A DNA stretch of 60,557 nucleotides from an uncultured Anaerolineales bacterium (GCA_965603565.1 CBFDDM010000002.1:1-60557), one strand, 5' to 3'; positions 18,956 through 28,059 are shown, numbered from the stretch's first letter. Translations and numbers: made by a program. Notes: generated by a model from the sequence alone, not told the origin.

Positions 18956-20383
18956 ATGTGGAAACGTTATTACACTCCAAATAACCTCGATCAGGCGCTT
19001 GAACTGCTCGCCGATGCGAGCCCGAAGGCGCGCATCATGGCCGGTGCGACCGATCTCATCCTGGAACTCGAACGCGGGATTCGGCCGGATGTGGATACCG
19101 TGATCGACATCACACGCATCCCGGGGCTGGATTCGATCGTCCTCGAGGATGGTTGGATCCAGCTTGGACCGCTGGTAACCCATAATCACTGCGCAGGATC
19201 CAATTTGATCCGCGATCACGCGTTCGCGCTCGCTCATGCGTGCTGGGAAGTTGGCGCTCCGCAGATTCGCAATCGCGGGACGATCGCTGGCAACCTGATC
19301 ACCGCTTCGCCCGCAAACGATTCGATCACACCGCTGATGGCGTTGGGCGCGCAAGTCACGCTCCGCTCCAAGGAAGGCAAGCGGGTCGTGCAGCTCAGCG
19401 AATTTTATGAAGGCGTGCGCAAAACCGTGATGAAACCCGATGAGGTCATGGTGGCTATCGCCTTCCCGGTTCCTTCAGAGGCGACGCAAACTGCTTTCTA
19501 CAAACTCGGACTGAGAAAGGCTCAGGCGATTTCGGTGGTCAACGCCGCTGCGCTGGTAGAACTCTCCGATGGAAAGGTGCAGATGGCGCGCATAACGCTT
19601 GGTTCGGTCGCGCCCAAGATCATCCATGCCACCGCGGCGGAGGATTACCTGATAGGCAAAGACTTCTCCGACGAGGTCATCGAAGAGGCGGCACGCCTGG
19701 CGATGGATGCCGCCACACCGATCGATGACATTCGCGGGTCGGCCGACTACCGGCGCTACATGGTTGAGGTTTGCGTACGCAGGTCGTTGAAACGTATCGC
19801 AACCGGCGAAGAGCGGGAAGTTATCCCCGAGCATCCCGTCATGCTGTGGGGACCAAAAGAAGCGATCGTGAGAACCACACTGGAGGTGCCATTCGAACAC
19901 GATGGTGATACTGTGATCGAGACGACGATTAACGGCAAGCCCTACCGGTTCGAGAGCGGATATGAGAAGACATTGCTGAGGCTGTTGCGTGAAGAAGGAC
20001 ACCTCACCGGAACGAAGGAAGGCTGCGCCGAGGGCGAGTGTGGGGCCTGCACCGTATTCCTGGACGGCGCGGCTGTGATGGCATGTATGGTGCCTGCGCC
20101 TAGAGCGCACAGGGCTGAGATCGTCACAATTGAGGGTCTCGCCAGCGGGGAGCAGCTGCATCCGATCCAGCAGGGTTTCATCGAGGAAGGCGCTGTGCAG
20201 TGCGGCTACTGCACGCCGGGTTTCCTCATGTCTGGCGCCAAACTGCTCGAAGAACGGCCGACTCCGGATGTCGATGAAATCAAGCAATCGATCACCGGCA
20301 ACCTGTGTCGATGTACTGGCTATTACAAAATTGTGGCTGCTTTTGAGCGAGCAGCCGCACTACTTGAGGAACAGCAGGCTTAA
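18956..20383 (+). CDS. Fused FAD-binding + [2Fe-2S] subunit of Mo hydroxylase (set 3)
   Basis: N-terminal half has MAGATDLILELE and GTIAGNL (FAD). C-terminal half has CAEGECGACTV, QCGYCTPG and CRCTGY (FeS). GAGGGAG RBS. Confidence 0.85.
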   Translation: MWKRYYTPNNLDQALELLADASPKARIMAGATDLILELERGIRPDVDTVIDITRIPGLDSIVLEDGWIQLGPLVTHNHCAGSNLIRDHAFALAHACWEVGAPQIRNRGTIAGNLITASPANDSITPLMALGAQVTLRSKEGKRVVQLSEFYEGVRKTVMKPDEVMVAIAFPVPSEATQTAFYKLGLRKAQAISVVNAAALVELSDGKVQMARITLGSVAPKIIHATAAEDYLIGKDFSDEVIEEAARLAMDAATPIDDIRGSADYRRYMVEVCVRRSLKRIATGEEREVIPEHPVMLWGPKEAIVRTTLEVPFEHDGDTVIETTINGKPYRFESGYEKTLLRLLREEGHLTGTKEGCAEGECGACTVFLDGAAVMACMVPAPRAHRAEIVTIEGLASGEQLHPIQQGFIEEGAVQCGYCTPGFLMSGAKLLEERPTPDVDEIKQSITGNLCRCTGYYKIVAAFERAAALLEEQQA

Positions 20384-20436
20384 CCTTCTTAGCAGACAAT
20401 TTACGCCGAACTGCGATCAGATCGCGGGAGTTAATT

Positions 20437-20817
20437 ATGGGACGAGATACCTTTCGATTCCGGCAGTTGGATAAGGAGCGCGAATCGCGCGGCGAGATTG
20501 ACCCCATCTGGCGAGGGGTCGGATGCCTGATCATCTCCGGCTTTGCGACCGCCGGTTACTTCTTCGCTAATTGGTTTGTGCGTGCCAATGCCGTCAACGG
20601 GTGGATTTACATTCCCCGGGAGGCTTACTATCCATCGTTCGCCCCATTTCTGGGTGATGGACTGCTCATCAAACTTGTGGTCGCGCTGCTCTTCTTATTG
20701 CTCAGCTATGGGCTGATGTCCTTTATCTATGCGGTGTTTTTCCCGATTAAACCGAAGGAAGAGGACGCCCAACCCCCAAGGCGCAGACCGAAGCGGCAGA
20801 AGCGGCGGAAGACCTAG
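20437..20817 (+). CDS. Small membrane protein (2 predicted TM helices, Arg/Lys-rich tail), unknown function
   Basis: 126 aa with two hydrophobic stretches and a C-terminal PPRRRPKRQKRRKT tail. GGGAG RBS. The stop lies 2 nt before the next ATG. Confidence 0.55.
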   Translation: MGRDTFRFRQLDKERESRGEIDPIWRGVGCLIISGFATAGYFFANWFVRANAVNGWIYIPREAYYPSFAPFLGDGLLIKLVVALLFLLLSYGLMSFIYAVFFPIKPKEEDAQPPRRRPKRQKRRKT

Positions 20818-20819
20818 AG

Positions 20820-22526
20820 ATGGATCGACAAGTCCCCCGGACCGGCTCAGAAGAGATCGAGCTTTATATCCGCACGTACTATTCACTGCTGCGCTCGACG
20901 ACCGATGTGCGTGTGCGTTCGCTGGAGGAAGTGCACACCAACATGGGATCTTCGCTTCATCTTGAAGCGCGCTCGATGAAGCTGGACGTCTCAGCGCTGA
21001 TTTACAGCTCACTGCGCTTGCCGGATTGCATCGTCGATGTCAAACGGGTTGTGCTTGGCCAGAGCCTGCGCGCTTTCATCAAGCGCGGCATCGGCAACAT
21101 CGAGACGTGGGAGATGGCGACGGCCAAGGCGCGTCGACGGCGCTCTTTCTTCGACGGTGATTCGACCCTGGCTTGCTATATCGGCAGCCGTTCTGATATC
21201 GATGATATGGTCCCGATCCTGACCGCCTATCAGATCGAGTGGAACAAGCTCCATCGATTACTGCAAGGTGAGCAGGTAAGGAAATTTCTCGAAGCACCAC
21301 TTGATTCGGAGGAGGGGTTGGCGGTGCTTGCCACCGGGATAGGCGTCGAGACGGAGGAGATTCTACGGCTGCGTACGGTCTGGGAAGATGACTTCTGGTC
21401 GACACTGAAGGCAATATCCGAGGATGAGAAAAACCTGAGCATTCGATTGCTGGCCGGGTCTTTGATGGACTACCGTCAGGCGACACAGAGCTGGTGGGAG
21501 CGTGTGGAAGAGATGGTGCCATCGGTGCTGGATCGACCAGTGTACTTTGTCTCCAGCAATGCACACAGCATTGTCAACCTGATTTCGGGCTATGCGTTGA
21601 GGCACGAGGACGAACTCGTCCGCTACCTGGAATATCCAGAGTGCTCCGACCTACTTATGGAGTGGGAGGACATCAAAGCACGCGAAGTGCCCTCGAGTCG
21701 TGAGAATTTTCTTTACTACGTGCTTAAGAAATATGTGCGGTCTGAAGCCGGAAAACAAGCGCGCATAGACCGAGCCCAGACGGAGATGGGCTCCGGGATA
21801 ACGCGCGTCGAAAGCCTGACGGGCTTTGACGTCCAGGTCCAGGTTTTCTCACTGCGCGACATGATTCCCGATCAGATTGACCCCCGGCTTCAAGTGTCTG
21901 GTTATCAGGACCTGAAGGACAGCGATGCGCTCATCGTCAACATCGATTACCCGCTCGGGATGTCCGCATACGTCATCCTTTCGCACATCGCCACCCGCTT
22001 CGGCGAACTGCGCGGTGCGTACATCATGGGCAAGGCCGCGACACTGAACGGAGTCCTCGGTGACGTTATGATCCCTTCCGTCGTCCATGATGAGCACTCG
22101 CAGAACACATATCTGTTCGAGAACTGCTTCAGCGCAGCCGATATCCATGACGAATTGGTGTATGGAACCGTGCTCGATAACCAGAAGGCCGTCAGTGTGC
22201 GTGGCACCTTCCTGCAAACACCGCAGTACATGGACGTCTTCTACCGTGAGGGTTACACCGATATCGAGATGGAGGCTGGCCCATACCTTTCGAGCGTGTA
22301 TGAGTTATTCCGGCCTAAACGCTACCCGACGGACGAAATTGTAAACATGTATGGCCTTCCGTATGATTTGGGAATACTGCATTACGCCTCGGACACGCCG
22401 CTTACGCAGGGACTCAACCTGGGCGCCGGATCGCTTTCTTATTTCGGTATGGATCCGACGTATGCTACGAGTGTGGCGATCCTGCGGCGCATATTTGATC
22501 TGGAAATCGAGCAATTACGTACATGA
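20820..22526 (+). CDS. AMP-nucleosidase-like protein: unrecognised ~380-aa N-terminal region + nucleoside phosphorylase (PNP/UDP-1) fold C-domain
   Basis: The C-terminal part (IVNIDYPLGMSAYVILSHI..., IMGKAATLNGVLGDVMIPSVVHDEH, TDIEMEAGPYL, ILHYASDTPL) parallels the catalytic domain of AMP nucleosidase and uridine phosphorylase. I recognise no family for the N-terminal part. Confidence 0.55.
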   Translation: MDRQVPRTGSEEIELYIRTYYSLLRSTTDVRVRSLEEVHTNMGSSLHLEARSMKLDVSALIYSSLRLPDCIVDVKRVVLGQSLRAFIKRGIGNIETWEMATAKARRRRSFFDGDSTLACYIGSRSDIDDMVPILTAYQIEWNKLHRLLQGEQVRKFLEAPLDSEEGLAVLATGIGVETEEILRLRTVWEDDFWSTLKAISEDEKNLSIRLLAGSLMDYRQATQSWWERVEEMVPSVLDRPVYFVSSNAHSIVNLISGYALRHEDELVRYLEYPECSDLLMEWEDIKAREVPSSRENFLYYVLKKYVRSEAGKQARIDRAQTEMGSGITRVESLTGFDVQVQVFSLRDMIPDQIDPRLQVSGYQDLKDSDALIVNIDYPLGMSAYVILSHIATRFGELRGAYIMGKAATLNGVLGDVMIPSVVHDEHSQNTYLFENCFSAADIHDELVYGTVLDNQKAVSVRGTFLQTPQYMDVFYREGYTDIEMEAGPYLSSVYELFRPKRYPTDEIVNMYGLPYDLGILHYASDTPLTQGLNLGAGSLSYFGMDPTYATSVAILRRIFDLEIEQLRT

Positions 22527-22574
22527 CGAAAGTGGGCTCGCTGCCCTTTGATTGGTGAAACACAGGAGCATGCA

Positions 22575-24794
22575 ATGACGCTGATTGGCGAATCTTCACT
22601 CCGGGTTGACGCTTACGGTAAGGTGATCGGAGAGACGCTCTACCCGGGCGATATCGACCGACCTAACCAGGCCTATATGAAGATTCTCTTTGCGGGGCGC
22701 CCGCATGCCCGCATCACCCATCTCGACGTCTCCAGTGCGGAAGCCATGGAAGGTGTGCTGGGTGTTTTCACCGCACGGGATGTGCCCAATAACGAGTACG
22801 GCTTGATCATGCCTGACCAGCCCGTGCTGTGCGGGCCTGGTTCTGAAAAACCATATGCCGACCATGTGCGTTTCGTAGGGGATCAGATCGCGGTTGTGGT
22901 TGCGGAGAGCGAGGTTATCGCCGAGAGGGCGATCGCCGAAATCATGGTGGAATTTGAAGAACTGCCCGTGGTTCTCGATCCGGTCGCAGCGATGAAAGAT
23001 GAAAGCGATCTCGTCCATCCAGACAAGGGCACCAACATATTCTGTCACTACCGCATTCGCAAAGGTGAGCTTGAGGATGCATTCGAAGAAGCTGCCGCCG
23101 TGGTTGAGGCGGAATATCACACCCCGGCGCAGGAACATGCGTACCTCCAGCCGGAGGCGGGTCTGGCGTATATCGATGAAGAGGGGCGCATAACTATCGA
23201 GGTCGCCGGGCAATGGACGCACGAAGACCAGGAGCAGGTCGCGCACGCGCTGGATGTTCCACTGGAGAAGGTGCGCATTGTCTACCCGGCTATCGGCGGC
23301 GCATTCGGTGGTCGCGAGGACATGTCGGTGCAGATCGTGCTTGCGCTGGCGGTCATGCGACTGCACGAACGAGGTATCGACCGTCCGATTAAGATCATCT
23401 GGTCGCGAGAAGAATCGATCTTCGGGCATCATAAACGACATCCATTTGTGCTGCGTGCCAGGTGGGCTGCCGATGAAGAAGGTCATGTGACTGCTGCCCA
23501 TATGGAAGTGATCCAGGACGGTGGGGCGTACGCGTACACTTCAACGAAGGTATTGGGCAACGCTACCTTGATGTGCACCGGGCCTTACGAGATCCCCAAT
23601 GTGCATGTCGATGCCTTCTCGGTCTACACAAATCACGTTCCAGGAGGCGCGTTCCGTGGTTTTGGTGGTCCGCAGGGTTGCTTCGCCGCCGAAGCGCAGA
23701 TGGACAAAATCGCAGAGGCGCTGGGCATGGACCCGGTTGAGATCCGCACTCGAAATCTGCTTAAAGAAGGATCGCTGCTATCGGTGATGACCCCGCTGCC
23801 TGAAGGCGTCAGCATCGGTCAGGTCGTCGAGGCGGCCGCATTGAAAGGCGGGTGGACAAAGGGAGAGCGAGGTTGGGTGAAACCGTCTGACAAAGAAGCG
23901 GGCGTTCTCGACCGGGGACCGCGTAAGCGGGGCGTCGGGTTTTCTTGTGGTTTCAAGAACGTCGGCTTCTCATTCGGTGCACCGGAGCGGGCTTTCGCCG
24001 AGATCGAACTGCACGGGGGCATTGAGATCGAAGAGGTTGTGCTGCATCACGCCGGTGCCGATGTCGGGCAGGGAGCGCATACTGTCTTCGCCCAGATGGC
24101 AGCCGAGGCCGTAGGCGTGCCGCTTGAAAAAGTGCGGCTGGACGTCTCTGACACAGCGACGACAAGCGATTCGGGTTCCGCCTCCGCCTCCCGAATGACC
24201 TTCATGGCGGGCAATGCCATCCGCGGTGCGGCAGAAGCTGCCCTGGCAAAGTGGCGCAGCGAGGAGCGACCGGCAATCGCACGGTTTGAATACAAACCGC
24301 CGGCGACGACGCCTCTCGATGATCAGACCGGTGAATCTAACCCCAATTTTGCCTACGGCTATGTGGCACAGGCGGTGAGCGTGGAGGTGGACACCGAAAC
24401 GGGTGAACTGACCATCCTGGATGTTGTTTCGGCCAATGACGTCGGCAAGGCGATCAACCCTCAGCAGGTGGAAGGCCAGATCGAGGGCGGCGTGGTTCAA
24501 GCCGCGGGCTACGCGGTGCTTGAGGATTTCAAACAGGAAGACGGGTACGTACAAACCGACCAGATGTCGACCTACTTGATCCCGACGATCCTCGATATCC
24601 CCGATCGTGTGCAATCAGTTATATTAGAAGTGGAAGACCCGCTCGGACCCTGGGGGGCGCGCGGTATGGCAGAGATGCCATTCATCCCGTTCGCGCCGGC
24701 GATCGTCGCGGCGGTGCACGATGCGGTAGGCGTATGGTACGACGAATTCCCGCTCACACCAGAGCGTATCCTGCGCGGGTTGGGAAAACTATAA
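22575..24794 (+). CDS. Molybdopterin-binding large subunit, xanthine dehydrogenase family (set 3)
   Basis: About 740 aa with AIGGAFGGREDMS, GAFRGFGGPQ and MAEMPFIP motifs. GGAG lies 7 nt before ATG 22575. The track start is TTG 22548. Confidence 0.88.
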   Translation: MTLIGESSLRVDAYGKVIGETLYPGDIDRPNQAYMKILFAGRPHARITHLDVSSAEAMEGVLGVFTARDVPNNEYGLIMPDQPVLCGPGSEKPYADHVRFVGDQIAVVVAESEVIAERAIAEIMVEFEELPVVLDPVAAMKDESDLVHPDKGTNIFCHYRIRKGELEDAFEEAAAVVEAEYHTPAQEHAYLQPEAGLAYIDEEGRITIEVAGQWTHEDQEQVAHALDVPLEKVRIVYPAIGGAFGGREDMSVQIVLALAVMRLHERGIDRPIKIIWSREESIFGHHKRHPFVLRARWAADEEGHVTAAHMEVIQDGGAYAYTSTKVLGNATLMCTGPYEIPNVHVDAFSVYTNHVPGGAFRGFGGPQGCFAAEAQMDKIAEALGMDPVEIRTRNLLKEGSLLSVMTPLPEGVSIGQVVEAAALKGGWTKGERGWVKPSDKEAGVLDRGPRKRGVGFSCGFKNVGFSFGAPERAFAEIELHGGIEIEEVVLHHAGADVGQGAHTVFAQMAAEAVGVPLEKVRLDVSDTATTSDSGSASASRMTFMAGNAIRGAAEAALAKWRSEERPAIARFEYKPPATTPLDDQTGESNPNFAYGYVAQAVSVEVDTETGELTILDVVSANDVGKAINPQQVEGQIEGGVVQAAGYAVLEDFKQEDGYVQTDQMSTYLIPTILDIPDRVQSVILEVEDPLGPWGARGMAEMPFIPFAPAIVAAVHDAVGVWYDEFPLTPERILRGLGKL

Positions 24795-24798
24795 ATTG

Positions 24799-25617
24799 AT
24801 GGATCAAAAAAGACCGCTCGTGTTGATTCGCGGGGGCGGCGATCTGGCCAGCGGCGTTGCGCTGCGGCTGCACCGTTCCGGGTTTGGGGTGCTCATCACC
24901 GAAGTCGAGCAACCACTCGCGGTGCGGCGAGCGGTGGCGTTCGCCGAGGCGATCTACACCGGCGAGATGCAGATTGAGGAAGTGACCGGCCGCCGCGTTC
25001 AAGACATTAAAGAGACAGCCAGCGCAGTACGCGAGCGGGTTATCCCCGTTATTATCGATCCACAAGCGCAGATTCGAGAAGAATTGAAGCCTGCCGCAAT
25101 CATCGACGCGCGCATGCGCAAGAGCGCGCCCGAACTGGCGATCGCAGCCGATGAAGTTGTCATCGGTTTGGGACCGGGCTTCACTGCCGGCCTCGATTGT
25201 CATGCCGTGATCGAAACCAATCGCGGTCATGCAATGGGGCGTGTGATCTGGGATGGTTCCGCGCAGAAGAATACCGGCGTCCCTGAGGCGGTGCAGGGTT
25301 ATGACGTCGACCGTGTATTGAGGGCGCCTGCACACGGCGTTCTCACGGAAGGACTCGATATCGGGACAGTAGTTGAAGAGGGCGATGTATTGGCGCGTGT
25401 GGGTGATCACCCGGTTCAGGCGACTTTCAACGGCGTGCTGCGCGGAATGGTCCATGATGGACTGGAGGTCAACGAAGGAATGAAGATCGGTGATCTGGAC
25501 CCACGCGGTATCGTCGAGCACTGTTTTACCGTGTCGGATAAGGCTCTGGCGATAGGGGGCGGTGTCCTCGAAGCGCTGCTCTCGTTCGATGCGATCCGGA
25601 ATGCTTTAGGTAATTGA
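24799..25617 (+). CDS. yqeB: YqeB-family selenium-dependent molybdenum hydroxylase system protein
   Basis: LVLIRGGGDLASGVALRLHRSGFGVLITEVEQPLAVRRAVAFAEAIYTGE matches my memory of the YqeB/EF2563 family N-terminus. Length is about 270 aa. Confidence 0.7.
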   Translation: MDQKRPLVLIRGGGDLASGVALRLHRSGFGVLITEVEQPLAVRRAVAFAEAIYTGEMQIEEVTGRRVQDIKETASAVRERVIPVIIDPQAQIREELKPAAIIDARMRKSAPELAIAADEVVIGLGPGFTAGLDCHAVIETNRGHAMGRVIWDGSAQKNTGVPEAVQGYDVDRVLRAPAHGVLTEGLDIGTVVEEGDVLARVGDHPVQATFNGVLRGMVHDGLEVNEGMKIGDLDPRGIVEHCFTVSDKALAIGGGVLEALLSFDAIRNALGN

Positions 25618-25618
25618 G

Positions 25619-26950
25619 ATGAAACTTTCGAAGGCATTGCGGGTCGAAGCGGGCCATGTTATTGCATTCGTCGGTGCGGGCGGCAAGACCAGCGCCATTC
25701 GCCAGCTTGTCCAGGAACTTGCTGGCAAGTTCCCTGTGCTGGTCACGACCTCCACCAAAATGGCGCTGGATGAGAAAGATCTCACCGACGAGCATAAGGT
25801 GATCGAGGACGCTGGTGGTTTGCTCTCAGTACTATCAGATTGGGATCGGGAAAGTACATTGCTGCTGACCGCGCCGCAGTTTCCAGATGAGCTAAAGTGG
25901 GATGGTCTGCCGCTCGCGCAGCTTCAGGACGTGATCGAGTTCAGCCGGGAGAAGAAGGTCGTCCTCCTCATCGAAGCGGATGGCGCTGCAGGACGCTCAT
26001 TGAAAGCACCGGCGGAGCATGAGCCGGCCTTGCCACACAACCTGGACTTGCTGGTTCCAGTTGTGGGGATTGATGCTGTCGGTGAAAGCGTCGACGGCGA
26101 TCTTGTCCATCGCTCGGAGCGGTTGCGCGCACTTCTGAATATTGATTCGGGGACAGAGTTGACGGTCGAACATGTCGCAAGGTTGCTCAGGCATCCCTCG
26201 GGTGGCTTGAAAGCGTTGCCTCTGCATGCTGTATTGAGGGTACTCATTAACAAAGTCACCACGAAGGATAGGCTTAAGACCGCCCAACAAATTTCCGAAC
26301 TCGCCCTGGAAGAGCCGAAGATCAAGAGCGTGATAATCGGCGCCATGCAGAAGAGAGAGCCGGTGCGGGAGGCGCGCAGCCGGGTGGCTGCGGTCGTGCT
26401 TGCGGCCGGGGAGTCGAAACGGTTTAAAAGCAATAAGATGCTGCGGAAATGGCACGGCAAACCCTTGCTTGAACATGTTCTCGATGCCGTGAGGGCGAGC
26501 AAGGTGCACCAGAAAGTTCTGGTCCTCGGCCACGAACAAGAAAAGGTCCTGGCAACCGTTAACCACGAGGGTTTCCAGATCGTTCAAAACCAGGACTGGA
26601 AAGAAGGGCAGAGCACATCCGTTCAGGTGGGGCTGGAGGCGGTCATCGATGATGTCGAAGCGGCAATTTTCCCGCTTGGCGATATGCCTAAGGTCGACTC
26701 CGGGCTGATAGACACATTGATCGATCGACACGCCGAGACACTTGCGCCGATCGTCGCACCGCAGGTGGAGGGAGAGTGGGGCAACCCCGTGCTGTTTGAC
26801 AGTGTCACCTTCCCCGTTTTCTCAGAGTTGACCGGCGATCGGGGGGCGAAGAAACTCTTTGCTCAATTTGACGTTGAAGCTGTAAGGTCGGATCCAGCCG
26901 CCGGGTGGGATGTCGATCATCCTGAGGATTTACAGACGACGAGATCGTAA
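25619..26950 (+). CDS. Fusion of YqeC-like selenium-dependent hydroxylase accessory protein and MocA/YgfJ-type Mo-cofactor cytidylyltransferase
   Basis: N-terminal half has VIAFVGAGGKTSAI (YqeC P-loop). C-terminal half has VAAVVLAAGESKRFKSNKMLRKWHGKPLLEHVLD and PLGDMP (MobA-like NTP transferase). Confidence 0.72.
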   Translation: MKLSKALRVEAGHVIAFVGAGGKTSAIRQLVQELAGKFPVLVTTSTKMALDEKDLTDEHKVIEDAGGLLSVLSDWDRESTLLLTAPQFPDELKWDGLPLAQLQDVIEFSREKKVVLLIEADGAAGRSLKAPAEHEPALPHNLDLLVPVVGIDAVGESVDGDLVHRSERLRALLNIDSGTELTVEHVARLLRHPSGGLKALPLHAVLRVLINKVTTKDRLKTAQQISELALEEPKIKSVIIGAMQKREPVREARSRVAAVVLAAGESKRFKSNKMLRKWHGKPLLEHVLDAVRASKVHQKVLVLGHEQEKVLATVNHEGFQIVQNQDWKEGQSTSVQVGLEAVIDDVEAAIFPLGDMPKVDSGLIDTLIDRHAETLAPIVAPQVEGEWGNPVLFDSVTFPVFSELTGDRGAKKLFAQFDVEAVRSDPAAGWDVDHPEDLQTTRS

Positions 26951-27165
26951 CCCTGCGGGCTTGTACAAAATCAAACCCCTCATTTTCTTCCAACCCTGCA
27001 ATCGGTTGTATCGACCCTGACAGGCACTTCTATCGTTATTGGGTTTGTTTCCGAATCGTGCGATTGTCGCCGAAAAACCATTATCCGTTTGGGGCAGGTC
27101 GTCTCATATTGTGGGTTTCCACTTTCTGTGCGTGGACCTCAGCGTATTTCTTTTTAAAGCATGAT

Positions 27166-27468
27166 CTATTCATGCTCGTCGGCTGAACTAATCGGGGGGA
27201 GGATGAAATCCATCGAAAGTGGGATGAGTGAGGAGAAAAAACCCCCGTCGTCGATGGAGGCAATCACGCGCAGGTCCCCGCCCGGTTGGCGCGGGTCATC
27301 CCAGAAGGCTTGAATTTCGATCTGATATTCTTCGCCGCTCGGTGCGGTGATTTGGTACGCTTTCGGCGAACCGATCAGGTCGAGAAGTTCTTCATAGCGT
27401 TGCGTGCCAAGACCTTCGAGCTCCTTCTGGAGCATCTTGCCAGCTTCCACTTTGTCCATAGGCTCCAC
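27166..27468 (-). CDS. Hypothetical protein (100 aa)
   Basis: ORF with GGAG RBS. No recognisable motifs. Confidence 0.4.
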   Translation of the reverse strand: MEPMDKVEAGKMLQKELEGLGTQRYEELLDLIGSPKAYQITAPSGEEYQIEIQAFWDDPRQPGGDLRVIASIDDGGFFSSLIPLSMDFILPPISSADEHE

Positions 27469-27557
27469 GCTTCTCCTGTGGTGAATTAGCCTTCAGCGGT
27501 TTCGCAGCCTGCCGACTTCAAGCAGCAGATGATCGTCCTCTCTAAGATAGAGTGCCT

Positions 27558-28001
27558 TTATATATATCTTCGGACCTTATTGCAATACTCATCATATTGT
27601 TCGGCAAATTTCTTCCGGAGGGTTTCTTCCTCCGCCCGAATTCCAAAGAAGTGGATATAGGCAAAAGCAACCGGAAGGAAAACGAGGGACCATATTGAGT
27701 TCAAGATGAGGCTGTATCCAAAATAAATCAGCGCCCAGCCAAGGTACATCGGATTTCTGCTGTACGCATACGGACCCGTAGTGATGAGCTCGTCAGGTGA
27801 GGCGATGCTCATCTCCCCGGCCTCAGAGGCGGCCCATAGGGAGAGAAGGATGCCTGGCATGGCCAGCGGCCAACCAAGTAGATGTCCTATCCAATGCAGG
27901 CTGAAAATCCGAAGGGGGAAGAACAGCTGCAGGATCAGGCTGAGTGCGATGGCCAGGAGATAGGCCTCTGGCACAGGAATGTTTTTAAGCTTGAGCTGCA
28001 T
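27558..28001 (-). CDS. Isoprenylcysteine carboxyl / phospholipid methyltransferase-family membrane protein
   Basis: Multi-TM protein with GPYAYSRNPMYLGWALIYFG motif typical of the ICMT/PEMT family. Confidence 0.75.
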   Translation of the reverse strand: MQLKLKNIPVPEAYLLAIALSLILQLFFPLRIFSLHWIGHLLGWPLAMPGILLSLWAASEAGEMSIASPDELITTGPYAYSRNPMYLGWALIYFGYSLILNSIWSLVFLPVAFAYIHFFGIRAEEETLRKKFAEQYDEYCNKVRRYI

Positions 28002-28059
28002 GTGGATTCATTGGGTAGCTGCCAAGGATGAGTAGCCGGTGATCTGCGTATGTGTCCGT

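Noticed and set aside
1652-24794. Possible selenocysteine (UGA) recoding in the hydroxylase genes, given the selenium context
   Set aside because: All hydroxylase, amidohydrolase and accessory ORFs are continuous and full length. No pair of same-frame ORFs split by a TGA was seen. The YqeB/YqeC-type systems use a labile selenium cofactor, not Sec.
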